Program-made: the position numbers and the translations under genes
Assembly: GCA_043822785.1 (NCBI GenBank)
Contig: JBDRBN010000010.1
Coordinates: 1 to 36,719, forward strand
DNA from: Pseudomonadota bacterium
GTDB taxonomy: Bacteria; UBA10199; 2-02-FULL-44-16; JAAZCA01
Reading direction: 5' to 3'
Length of the DNA: 36,719 nucleotides
The notes under the pieces: model-generated
Told to the model about the DNA's origin: nothing
The model's input: the letters and a program-made list of their open reading frames with translations, nothing else
The model's database searches: none
In this document: piece after piece, positions 19,301 through 27,860 of the stretch
How the letters are laid out: every line of letters begins with the position of its first letter
Numbering within the stretch: position 1 is the first letter of the stretch

Positions 19301-21362
19301 CCTCAAAAGGCTGCGATGCTATAGTGGCTGATACTGATGTAGTAGGCTTTGATACTCCAAGGCCATGGGGTAAAGATGTAGATGTGCCAAGCACCTTGGA
19401 AGTCCTTGAAGTGCCCTTTATCACAAAGTGTCCCATGCCCGCTGGTATGATAAACGACTGCCCCTTAGAAAACTCTCCAAGGGGCTTATCATCTGCATAA
19501 ACAGCAACGCTTCCACCAAGCACTGTAAAGCCTTGAATGCCTCTTTCAGAGCTGCCTTCACACTGTTGATTTTCTTGAAAAGTAATACGGCGCGTTTCAA
19601 ACACGCTCTCTTTGATCAAAGACTCCACCTTTGCCGGGTCTTTGCCCTTGGAAGGAATGATCTGCCTGGGTACCCTGCGAAATGACTTCACAGCCTCTTT
19701 GCCGCGAAGGCCATCCCAGTTTGTAACAGCCATGGCACTATTTATGTGAAGCTGTCTGGGTCTTCCGTGCTTGTCTACCCGCTTATAATCATAGATCCGA
19801 TACGTGGTCTCAGATGTTTCTTGCGGCTCCACTAAAAGCACGCCAGCTCCTATGGCGTGCATTGTGCCGGCTGGTATGAAAAAGACGTCTCCTGCCTTTA
19901 CCTCTACAAAATTAAGAAACCGGGTAATATCCTCTCCTCTTCTTAGCGCTGCTTCAAATTGCTCTCTTGTTACTTCTTCTTTAAGACCGAGATATATTCC
20001 CGCACCCCTCTCAGCATGTTCTATAATCCATGCTTCGGTCTTGGAATGCTCATCTGCCTTAAGCCCGCCATAGGTTGAGGTGGGATGTACTTGAACGGAT
20101 AGATTTTTCTCAAGCATCCTGCAATGAAGCTCATCGAGCCTGAGTATATACTCAAGCGCTTTAGCGCCCTTAGTATATTCGGCTGCCCGCTGCATGGAGA
20201 TGAGCCTGGTGAGAAGCTCTCGAATAGTTTTGAGATCCCTATCTAGGATATCCTCTAATTTACTTACGCCAATAACGTTACGCCATTTTTCAGCAGTATT
20301 ATGACTCTCGCTTTGCCGTAACACATCTCTGGCTGCTAGATTTTTTAATTTATTAAGTCCTTGGTGGATTTCATGATAGTTTTTACCAAGAATCTCTTTG
20401 AGCGTTTTGTCCACTCCTAAATGTTTGCGCCACTTTTCTGCGTTTCGATGTTCATTGAGGAATTCCAAAATAGTAGGGATGCTCGGACGTCTTATTTCTT
20501 CGTCGCTCCCTTTTTTCTTAAAGAATGTTCTCCAGCCACCAGAGTTTAAAAGCTTTACCAAAAATGGCATATGCATGCCATGACTATCAAGACCATATTG
20601 ACCATACATATTGTCAGCAAACATTGTTTCGAGCGCTGTTAGGCTCACTTCTGCTTTTTGTCCTGCATACTCAACAGAGAACATATTGGGAAAGCTGTGG
20701 TGGCCTGAAATCTCCCATGATTCTCCCACGATGATGGGCTTATGTGAAAGGGTAAGGCCTGCCTTTATATCTTTCACGATGCGGACGCCGCCCCAAGGGG
20801 TACGATACTGTGATGTAAAATTATCTGGTCTGGGCGCAAGCACTGTTTTCGTCATAGCATTTAGCGCAGCAATGAGCGGCCGCGCTGCCAACTCCTTAAA
20901 TGCAAAATGGCCCTCGCGCCCTAGCCGCACCATCTCCATCCAATCTCTTCCATCTGGTGTGCCTTTTACTGCCTCAGCAAGAACTGAGAGCTCTCCCTCC
21001 GGAGTGGATGTAAGTTTGAGAAATTTTTCTTTGTCTTTAGGGTAAGGAGGGCTGCCGGAGCCAGGGGGAAGCGAAGGCGGTGCCGGTATAGATGCGCCTG
21101 GCGCGTCTGTGTCGCCTGCACTAAAAAAAACACCGCTCTGTGCAACATTAATGTGTGGAACAATTGTTACATCAGTAGGCAAAAACCAGGGTGTGCGACT
21201 CATCGTATCGTACCCATCTATCGCATGAACACTTTTTGGAATAAAACCTGAAATAAAAGCTGATGATTTATCATCTGGAAAAAGATGTGACGTAAGAAAG
21301 CTAGGTATGACAACCGGTGAACTAGACACAACAGGATGAATCGTTTGCCCGGAACTCAGCAT
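16359..21362 (-). CDS. Tri-domain fusion: type I mannose-6-phosphate isomerase + SPS/MfpsA-like GT4 + mannose-1-phosphate guanylyltransferase
   Basis: PMI-I (aa ~172-660): PWGG, GESWEIS, LSVQVHP, KTEAW, IPAGTMHAIG, TTYRIYDY, RQLH. GT4 (aa ~698-1320): TDSGGQ, SHYVDAG, TPHSLG, EGWGMAVQD. GMPP (aa ~1345-1650): VIVLAGGSGTRF, PKQFL, EPVQKNTAPA, PSDHYI, YGYI, FVEKP, WNSGMF, ISIDYALME, WSDIGTW. Confidence 0.92.
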   Translation of the reverse strand: MLSSGQTIHPVVSSSPVVIPSFLTSHLFPDDKSSAFISGFIPKSVHAIDGYDTMSRTPWFLPTDVTIVPHINVAQSGVFFSAGDTDAPGASIPAPPSLPPGSGSPPYPKDKEKFLKLTSTPEGELSVLAEAVKGTPDGRDWMEMVRLGREGHFAFKELAARPLIAALNAMTKTVLAPRPDNFTSQYRTPWGGVRIVKDIKAGLTLSHKPIIVGESWEISGHHSFPNMFSVEYAGQKAEVSLTALETMFADNMYGQYGLDSHGMHMPFLVKLLNSGGWRTFFKKKGSDEEIRRPSIPTILEFLNEHRNAEKWRKHLGVDKTLKEILGKNYHEIHQGLNKLKNLAARDVLRQSESHNTAEKWRNVIGVSKLEDILDRDLKTIRELLTRLISMQRAAEYTKGAKALEYILRLDELHCRMLEKNLSVQVHPTSTYGGLKADEHSKTEAWIIEHAERGAGIYLGLKEEVTREQFEAALRRGEDITRFLNFVEVKAGDVFFIPAGTMHAIGAGVLLVEPQETSETTYRIYDYKRVDKHGRPRQLHINSAMAVTNWDGLRGKEAVKSFRRVPRQIIPSKGKDPAKVESLIKESVFETRRITFQENQQCEGSSERGIQGFTVLGGSVAVYADDKPLGEFSKGQSFIIPAGMGHFVIKGTSRTSKVLGTSTSLPHGLGVSKPTTSVSATIASQPFEVQAQNAAFVKSERPHVLLINTQGYAGPKVPMGSTDSGGQLTYIAKKADSLVNLGYKVTIVTRAFTHEIVEEEDERGGEKKIKRFQYDTEEYGARRGVAFAHDRIRYVYVPGVMPEDAPFLPKEELYSDLPTIARNLSLFVEDEASTQGKDPWDYFRFIDSHYVDAGIVGGRLVRTWQHELANKHLNARFDAVLGNDFKIDAFEDHNFMGNMPYYFGKRVVDAWKAENQHDEENVFDDPLINEEAVLKWAGQRLGWPEAKVKRLVANLDTPLEGSAWNIGYRLLEVGGDTQALQRQLNAINRHVWTPHSLGRLKEQRVIDAGDLEADPEYYLSLKLDQREIYERALLGGALSGFDKSAIMYPNLTPAAVVGVTSNEIRQTASELGMTITTYSVDFQPGTDPEKYYPRDSVDVSDMKALFADMAERKVVPEDLLHELVSNPQKYNVIVEAGRMDATKRKHILIEAMQHLPENTILFITGKKDGKGVYNKLAKKIDELGLGDRVFLLGMVPDEHMGPLMSLPHGEDDRQFRLAIVASASRMEGWGMAVQDGTSGGLPLVASSYTPYATHLARTDKAARIIKVGQNNEPKLYAEELQGLIDNPPAAREMAKKALSIGRQYQWDPLTKRFVDQVNALFYSGAAVYPGTDRAPASRRFDQTVSPPLHVIVLAGGSGTRFRPYSSDDMPKQFLPVTEKNRSMIQVTAGRFLDATNGEGIDVPPENMWVSTNERYAGLVAEQLPNIPRSNIIGEPVQKNTAPAIATFMHRIAARNSNAIAVIVPSDHYIGSAEIFLQQVQEAAEFAALSGGLITFGIPPTWPSSEYGYIERGEMAEAKRSVSDGVYNVRRFVEKPTLEVARSYIDRGNFLWNSGMFVWTASDFLRHLEIYQPVMHAGLDAVYGSVPHNQPLTAEVMKRYFGSLNGISIDYALMEPASQEGNVYVLPFLSEWSDIGTWQSLKRLVESGRITPPDKAMQVMAEQLAANQN

Positions 21363-21663
21363 ATGCCCCCCTGGTATGTAGTAGGCTGCAGGTGATGATG
21401 TAGATTTCTTATCCGCGATGTGCGGTGTGAGAGGCTTTTTCGAGGAGTGTCGTTAAAGGCGTTGTTCATGTCTGTTTAAGACAAGATACTGTAAATTTTA
21501 ACAACTAAATCTTCTTAAATTTCAAGCTGTTTCGCCCTATCTCCCCCGAGAAACACATATATTAAATACACTGCAACGTATTAATTTGCAAGCAATTTCA
21601 GGTCGTATAAGCCACAAAATTCCCATTTTTAGGGCATCCCAAGGCATGGCAAAATGATCGTGG

Positions 21664-22275
21664 TTAAATATGCTCTGAAATGATGGCTAATAGATCTTGC
21701 CTGTGGATGAAGTCTTGAATGTAATCCAGCTTTTTGGTGGACATCTTAAGGATGGCAGAGCGGTCGTAGCGTGCAATCCACCTGCGATAATAACGCTCCA
21801 AACGTCTCAAGTATTCGTCTGGTACATTTTTTTCCATCTCGCGGCCTCGGCCAGCAATTCGCTTCTTCAGCGTTGCAATTGGACACTCAAGATAGATGAG
21901 AAGATCCGGAGGATTTATCGCACCCTGCATGGTCTGATACAGATCACGGTAAGTGGTGTACTCCTCTTTAGTCATACATCCTTGTCTGTAAAGATTAAAT
22001 GCAAACACCTCTGCATCTTCGTATATGGAACGATCTTGAATGACCGTACCAGGATAGCTATCCAGCTCCCTATGAATGCGAAACTTGTGAGTTAAAAAAT
22101 GCATCTGAGAATGAAATGCCCAGCGCTTCATGTCTTCAAAAAATTTAGGGAGAAATGGATTTAAGTCATTGGGCTCAAAAAAAGACTTGAGCCCAAAATG
22201 GACGCACAAAAACTCCACCATGCTCGATTTGCCCGAGCCGATGTTGCCCGCTATTGCTATATACTTATTAGCCAT
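21664..22275 (-). CDS. Deoxynucleoside kinase (dNK family)
   Basis: P-loop IAGNIGSGKSS, QDRSIYED, PDLLIYL, RIAGRGREME. Confidence 0.92.
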   Translation of the reverse strand: MANKYIAIAGNIGSGKSSMVEFLCVHFGLKSFFEPNDLNPFLPKFFEDMKRWAFHSQMHFLTHKFRIHRELDSYPGTVIQDRSIYEDAEVFAFNLYRQGCMTKEEYTTYRDLYQTMQGAINPPDLLIYLECPIATLKKRIAGRGREMEKNVPDEYLRRLERYYRRWIARYDRSAILKMSTKKLDYIQDFIHRQDLLAIISEHI

Positions 22276-22278
22276 AAC

Positions 22279-24003
22279 TCATTCACATCTCAGCACATGC
22301 GAAGCCACTGAATTGAGCATACTGTCTGTATTGCATATGGGAATTTCGATGATTTTGGATAATGCTTTGTCATCGCCCAAACCAATATTTGCAAGTGCTT
22401 TGCGAGCCTTAAGCACAATGTAAGGAAGCCTGTCAGCAGCATAGGCCTGGCATATTTCTTTAAAATGATCTACTTCTTTGCTTGCAGAAATGGCCCGCGC
22501 GACCGCTGAATCAAATGCGTAAGACTCCATAGTGAGATCTGCGATCGCAGCCATCACTGACTGTCGTTCTTTAAGATGTTCTCCAAACTTTTGCGCAGCC
22601 GTGCCCGCTACATATATAGCAAGTCGTTTTAGAGCTTCTGCCTGATCTGTAATGCTCTCAGATGAAAACCCGCCTTTTAGGCCTGCCGAAATTTCTTCAA
22701 ATCGTTTGAGCAACGGAAGCCGCATCTTCATGGCGCGCTTGATAAGCTCAGCTGCGATAAAGAGCCTTAGTATTTCGTTAGTGCCTTCAAATATCCTGTT
22801 GATCCTGCAATCACGATAGCGCTGTTCAACCGAATATTTGCGCATAAAACCATAACCGCCAAAGAGCTGCACTGCTTCGTCAGAAGAAAAGAAGAGCGCC
22901 TCTGATCCATATACCTTGGCAATTGCCGCCTCGATCGAAAATTCAGAAAGCGCAGAGGCAAGATCCATGGTGCCAGAAGTCAAAGCAGCATCAATACATC
23001 TTGCTGCCCTGTAAACCAACGATTCGGTAACATAAGTGCGCATGGCCATGCGTGCGATCTTGTGTCTTATGAGCTCGAACTCAGCTATGGGTTTTGCGAA
23101 TTGAACGCGCGCCTTTGCACGCTCTGTGCACTCACGGATTAGGTGTTTCATCTGACCCACGCAGGACGCAGCCAGCCTGAGTCTGCCGGCGTTGAGCACA
23201 TTGTATGCTATATAATGCGCCCTGCCTTCTTCTCCCAGCACATTTGATCTCGGCACCTTTACGTTATTGAGAATGATCGGTGTGGTAGAGGAACCCAAAA
23301 TTCCCATCTTCTGATCTTCTTCACCGATGTTAAACCCTGGCGTATTTCGCTCGATTAAAAATGCGCTCAGTCCTTTTTGTCCTTCGATCTTTGCAAACAC
23401 GGTAAAAAGATCTGCAATACCCCCGTTTGTGCAAAAGGCCTTTTCTCCATTCAAGGTGTAGTGTTTGCCATCATTAGATAAAACTGCCTTTGTTCGGATA
23501 GCCCTTACATCAGTTCCAGCTTCAGGCTCAGTTAATGAATAGGCCAGAATCATCTCGCCACTGGCTACTTTGGATAGATAGCGATCCTTTTGCGCCTCTT
23601 TGCCGTAACACACAAGCGGGAGCATGGCGATGCCAGTGTGGCTGACTTGAGACACAACGAAGGATCCCTGAAGGGATATGTTCTCGGCAATGAGCGCGCA
23701 TGCAACCTGGCTTAAACCTTTGCCACCATAGGATTCAGGAATATATGCATTAACAAGCCCTGCATCTGCCGCATGCTTAAGGAGTGAACGCAGGACACCG
23801 TCTTTCATCTCTTCGATGTTCTCTGAATTTGGCAGCACATCATCATGCAAGAATGCATTCGCAACATTGGCTGCCTTGCGCTCTTCACCAGAAAATGATT
23901 CAGGAGTGAACGTATGCGCACCTTCACATGGTCTTATGAGAAAATCTCCCCCTCTGTGAGCAGAAGTATTCATAATGAATTGATTTTCTATTCGGATTGT
24001 CAT
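22279..24003 (-). CDS. Acyl-CoA dehydrogenase (long, C-terminally extended type)
   Basis: IPESYGG, AYSLTEPEAGTD, LNGEKAFCTNG, KMGILGSST, RVQF, AVQLFGGYGF, YRDCRINRIFEGTNEILR. The start may be 23973, because ATG 24003 lies inside a repeat end. Confidence 0.92.
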   Translation of the reverse strand: MTIRIENQFIMNTSAHRGGDFLIRPCEGAHTFTPESFSGEERKAANVANAFLHDDVLPNSENIEEMKDGVLRSLLKHAADAGLVNAYIPESYGGKGLSQVACALIAENISLQGSFVVSQVSHTGIAMLPLVCYGKEAQKDRYLSKVASGEMILAYSLTEPEAGTDVRAIRTKAVLSNDGKHYTLNGEKAFCTNGGIADLFTVFAKIEGQKGLSAFLIERNTPGFNIGEEDQKMGILGSSTTPIILNNVKVPRSNVLGEEGRAHYIAYNVLNAGRLRLAASCVGQMKHLIRECTERAKARVQFAKPIAEFELIRHKIARMAMRTYVTESLVYRAARCIDAALTSGTMDLASALSEFSIEAAIAKVYGSEALFFSSDEAVQLFGGYGFMRKYSVEQRYRDCRINRIFEGTNEILRLFIAAELIKRAMKMRLPLLKRFEEISAGLKGGFSSESITDQAEALKRLAIYVAGTAAQKFGEHLKERQSVMAAIADLTMESYAFDSAVARAISASKEVDHFKEICQAYAADRLPYIVLKARKALANIGLGDDKALSKIIEIPICNTDSMLNSVASHVLRCE

Positions 24004-24083
24004 CGCGAGCCCGCGTCAGCGGGCGTGGCGATCTCTAGACCTTCGGGGATTGCTTCGTCGCCTACGGCTCCTCGCAATGACAA
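23997..24083. repeat. GTCATTGCGAG...CTCGCAATGAC-type palindromic (REP-like) repeat, copy 1
   Basis: Terminal inverted repeats TTGTCATCGCGAG / CTCGCAATGACAA with internal hairpins. GATTGCTTCGTCGC...GCTCCTCGCAATGACA is shared with 36594-36706. Confidence 0.85.
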
Positions 24084-24090
24084 ACGATAA

Positions 24091-25536
24091 CTAGTATCTA
24101 TATTGTTCTGCCTTATACGGCCCATCCACATCAACGCCGACGTAATCTGCCTGCTCTTTTGTCATCCTGGTAAGCTTTACTCCGAGCTTACTAAGATGCA
24201 GGCGTGCAACTTCTTCATCAAGCTTTTTAGGAAGCGTATACACGCCAATTTTGGGTTTTTCTTTTGCCAGGGCAATCTGAGCTAAACACTGGTTTGTGAA
24301 TGAATTGGACATCACAAAACTGGAATGGCCTGTTGCACAGCCAAGGTTGACAAGCCTACCCTCTGCCAAAATGAAGATCTCAGGACCATTCGGGAATGCC
24401 CACTTTGCAACCTGGGGCTTGATGTCGATCTTCTTTATTCCCTTCCAGTTCTCAAGCCTGTCCATCTGAATCTCGTTATCAAAGTGCCCGATGTTGCACA
24501 CGATGGCTTGATCCTTCATCTTGGACATGTGCTCTGCTGTAATCACATCTCTATTGCCTGTAGCTGTAACAAAGATATTACCCTCTGAGAGCGCGTCCTC
24601 AACTGTGGTTACTTCAAAGCCCTCCATAGCTGCCTGAAGCGCACAGATGGGATCTATCTCTGTGATGAGCACCCTGGCGCCAAACCCGCGCATGGATTGC
24701 GCGCAACCTTTTCCAACATCGCCGTATCCACACACTACCACGACCTTGCCTGCGACCATGACGTCTGTTGCCCTCTTGATACCATCAGCTAGCGATTCGC
24801 GACATCCATAGAGATTATCGAACTTGGACTTTGTGACAGAATCGTTCACATTATATGCAGGAAACAGGAGCGTGCCCTCTTCCATTCTCTGGTAAAGGCG
24901 ATGCACGCCTGTTGTCGTCTCCTCAGATACGCCAATGATCTTAGGCACTATCGTCTGCCAGTATTTTGGATTTTCAGAATGTATTTTGCGCAAAAGTTTT
25001 TCGATAATGATCTCCTCTTTTACAGAGGTCGTAATCTCCGGAAGTTTTCCGTTCTTCTCAAAAGATTTTTCCAACTCATACCCTTTGTGTATAAGAAGCG
25101 TGGCATCGCCGCCATCATCGACTATGAGGTTGGGTCCCTTGCCATCTGCAAAACTTAGCGCTTTATACGTGCACCACCAATAATCCTCGAGCGTCTCGCC
25201 CTTCCATGCAAACACCGGTATATTGCTCGAAGCGATGGCCGAAGCTGCATGATCTTGGGTAGAAAAGATATTGCAGCTTGCCCAGCGCACGCTTGCTCCC
25301 AGCTCTACAAGAGTTTCGATGAGCACTGCAGTCTGAATGGTCATGTGCAAAGAGCCTGTAACCCTCATTCCCATAAGGGGCTTTTCTGTACCATATTTTT
25401 CGCGCACGACCATAAGCCCGGGCATTTCCTTTTGGGCAATCTCGATCTCTTTGCGACCCCAATCAGCTAGCCCCATATCCTTGACTTTGTAATCATTGAT
25501 CTTCATCTCCATCATCTCCTTTAATTGTGTAGCCAT
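24091..25536 (-). CDS. ahcY: Adenosylhomocysteinase (SAH hydrolase)
   Basis: [90 protein letters not shown]. Confidence 0.98.
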   Translation of the reverse strand: MATQLKEMMEMKINDYKVKDMGLADWGRKEIEIAQKEMPGLMVVREKYGTEKPLMGMRVTGSLHMTIQTAVLIETLVELGASVRWASCNIFSTQDHAASAIASSNIPVFAWKGETLEDYWWCTYKALSFADGKGPNLIVDDGGDATLLIHKGYELEKSFEKNGKLPEITTSVKEEIIIEKLLRKIHSENPKYWQTIVPKIIGVSEETTTGVHRLYQRMEEGTLLFPAYNVNDSVTKSKFDNLYGCRESLADGIKRATDVMVAGKVVVVCGYGDVGKGCAQSMRGFGARVLITEIDPICALQAAMEGFEVTTVEDALSEGNIFVTATGNRDVITAEHMSKMKDQAIVCNIGHFDNEIQMDRLENWKGIKKIDIKPQVAKWAFPNGPEIFILAEGRLVNLGCATGHSSFVMSNSFTNQCLAQIALAKEKPKIGVYTLPKKLDEEVARLHLSKLGVKLTRMTKEQADYVGVDVDGPYKAEQYRY

Positions 25537-25628
25537 TATTAACCTCCGAATTCCGCGTCCGCGCCCGCTTCCGTGTTCGTTCCCATCATTCTCGCATTGC
25601 GCTTATATCTCTCACAATCCCCCATATA

Positions 25629-27062
25629 TCAAGCATCTTTCTTCATAGGTATCGGTACGCCATCTATGTGTCCTGGAAGCTTTCGCCCCAAAAGCATTAG
25701 TATCGTAGGGAACACGTCTGCTGTGCGTGCAGGCCTCATCTCAAGTGGCACATTCGTGAGAAGCGGCACCCGCATGTGGCTCATGTGCAATGAGCCATGC
25801 GATCCGCGATGCTCTGGATTTTCATACTTCAACCTCAGATCAAAACCCGGGCGCGCAGAGATAATTAGATCACCTGCGCGGGGTGATGTAAAAAGGTGCG
25901 CTATCTGAAACGGAGCATCAGGATAATCCGTATCCAGCGTCCTCTCCAAAGATTGGGTTGGATCAAGATCAGACGAAAGCGGCGGATAGCCAAAAGGATC
26001 AGATCCTTTGACTTCATAATGAAGTTGCGCTCCATCAAGCCTGATTTTTGCCTCACCCCTACGGCTCAGTATGTCTGCGCCCCCATCTGGATTGCGGCAC
26101 GCTATGATATCCACTGCTTCCTCTTCCCACAGGTCTGATATCAACCCTGGAGCTAGTCGCTCAAGTTCATCGCGAACAGTGTGCCTTGTCCAGCCATCTC
26201 TGTTTTTAAAATACAGGTGTGTCATTCCATTGCCAGATACCATGTTGGCGCAAAGTTTTCCGCGTTTTTGGAAGATTAGAGGATAATAAAACGGCGGAAG
26301 TTTATGCTGATCCAAAAATGTGTTAACGCAAAAGTGTGTGTGCGTTTTTGAAAGGCCATGATCTGAAACCAAAAAGAGCGCTGTGCTCTCCCACAAGCCT
26401 TGCGTTTTGAGATCGTGCACCACATCACCTATTGCTTTATCAAGCCATAGGTAACGCTCTATGGTCTTTTCATGCCTGGGATGTGTGAGATGAGAGTATT
26501 CGTCAATTCCGGGAAAAACGCAGAACACAAATGAAGGTAACCTCTTTATTTTGTGACGAAGCTTTGCAAGCCCGGCATCATCGACAAACGTCCACCTATC
26601 TGTAAGATGTGCATAATACCAATACCAGATGCGGCTTATGCGCGTAGCATTACGCATTCCACTAGCACCGCGCGCTATGGGATTGAATATGCTAATTGAG
26701 TCCGGCAGAATTTCGAACATTGTGCGGATGTGCGGCCACATATCGCTGGCCATGCAAAAGCTTTCCAGACCCACGTAGGAGCGATACCTATCAAATGACC
26801 ACCCTGTATCATAGAGCGACTTATCAAACCACCTGATACCAGGAACATTGCAGGTTCCAGGAAAACACCCAGTAAGAAACGGAAGATAAGCAGGACCCGT
26901 TGTAGAAGGAAAACTGGTAACAGCTGGAATGCTAGCACCAGGCCCCATCAAGTAACGATAAATGTTGGGAAGATTACCTTGCGCCAGCTCTTCTTGCATT
27001 ACATCCGCCCGCGCACCATCTGCCAGGATCACTATGATATGTTTATATTGAGAATCTGTCAT
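25629..27062 (-). CDS. Alkaline phosphatase superfamily protein (nucleotide pyrophosphatase/phosphodiesterase-like), no signal peptide
   Basis: Metal and nucleophile motifs ILADGARAD, FPSTT, DEYSH, VSDHG, GSHG. Confidence 0.85.
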   Translation of the reverse strand: MTDSQYKHIIVILADGARADVMQEELAQGNLPNIYRYLMGPGASIPAVTSFPSTTGPAYLPFLTGCFPGTCNVPGIRWFDKSLYDTGWSFDRYRSYVGLESFCMASDMWPHIRTMFEILPDSISIFNPIARGASGMRNATRISRIWYWYYAHLTDRWTFVDDAGLAKLRHKIKRLPSFVFCVFPGIDEYSHLTHPRHEKTIERYLWLDKAIGDVVHDLKTQGLWESTALFLVSDHGLSKTHTHFCVNTFLDQHKLPPFYYPLIFQKRGKLCANMVSGNGMTHLYFKNRDGWTRHTVRDELERLAPGLISDLWEEEAVDIIACRNPDGGADILSRRGEAKIRLDGAQLHYEVKGSDPFGYPPLSSDLDPTQSLERTLDTDYPDAPFQIAHLFTSPRAGDLIISARPGFDLRLKYENPEHRGSHGSLHMSHMRVPLLTNVPLEMRPARTADVFPTILMLLGRKLPGHIDGVPIPMKKDA

Positions 27063-27134
27063 TTATGCGAGAAAAGCAAGACACGCGAGAAAAGCGAGAG
27101 ACGTTGCTGGCGTTTCTCGCGTTGCTGGCTTTTT

Positions 27135-27860
27135 TTAGCTATTTCTCTTTCCCCGTATCTCCTGAAGCTTCTTGTTCATGCGGCCTACAAGTTCTTCATA
27201 GCCATGCTTTTTTATTATAGAATCAAATTGAAAGCGGTAGTTGTCCACCAAGCTGGCTTCATCGACGATGACATCATAGATTTTCCATTCGCCTTCCATT
27301 TTCTTGAGACGATAGTTAAGCATGATGTCAATATTCTCAGAAGGCACCACAACCTTGGTTCGCACGAAAGACCTGGTCTTCTCAGGATTTAAGAACTTGT
27401 GCCCGCGATAGACCACATAATACTTGCCGCCAGTCTTGCTTTTGGCTGCTGATTGCTCTTTGGAAAACAGAGCCTTCTCCTCTAACAGATCGGTGAGAAG
27501 TTTGACGAACTGATCCTGCTCATCTGGTTTACGCTCTTTCCAATGTTTTGACAAAGATAGTTTACTAAGTTCGCGTATATCGAATGTGCCGTGGATTATA
27601 TCTTGTTTTACTTTTTTGTTATGAGCCTCTTGTTCTGATGTAAGATTCTTACCCTTAGGCGCCACATTGAAGTCATCGAGCGTATCATCGAGCTCTTGGA
27701 TGGCACGCGTAGGCGAACCTGTGGGATAATAATTTCTCTTTTTACTCACCGAGGGTTCAGCGCTTACGCGGATTGCATATCCGCCAATTAGACAGATTAG
27801 CGCAATCATCAGCGCACATCGCACAAAGAACTTCGCAGCTTTCTTTAACACATCATTCAC
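27135..27860 (-). CDS. MlaC/Ttg2D-family periplasmic lipid-binding protein
   Basis: FDIRELSKLSLSKHWK...Q...FVKL and YRL...WKIYDVIVDEASLVDNYRFQF. GGAGG lies 5 nt before GTG 27860, which gives a signal-peptide-like N-terminus. Confidence 0.85.
   Translation of the reverse strand: MNDVLKKAAKFFVRCALMIALICLIGGYAIRVSAEPSVSKKRNYYPTGSPTRAIQELDDTLDDFNVAPKGKNLTSEQEAHNKKVKQDIIHGTFDIRELSKLSLSKHWKERKPDEQDQFVKLLTDLLEEKALFSKEQSAAKSKTGGKYYVVYRGHKFLNPEKTRSFVRTKVVVPSENIDIMLNYRLKKMEGEWKIYDVIVDEASLVDNYRFQFDSIIKKHGYEELVGRMNKKLQEIRGKRNS

Noticed and set aside
20109..20540. Intein in the PMI domain
   Set aside because: No C-terminal His-Asn followed by C/S/T and no Hint or LAGLIDADG motifs.
21453..21479. Degenerate copy of the AACAGGC/GCCTGTT hairpin upstream of the fusion gene
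   Set aside because: Needs an indel plus a mismatch and has no U-tract on the coding strand.
21648..21660. 13-mer GGCAAAATGATCG shared with 10202-10214 (and AGGGCATCC shared between 21631 and 10110)
   Set aside because: Orientation relative to the downstream genes is opposite and the spacing between the two words differs; cannot be distinguished from chance.
25540..25628. SAH riboswitch upstream of ahcY
   Set aside because: The minus-strand intergenic sequence lacks the GAGGAGCG/CAGGCTC/CGCTC-type conserved elements I would expect.
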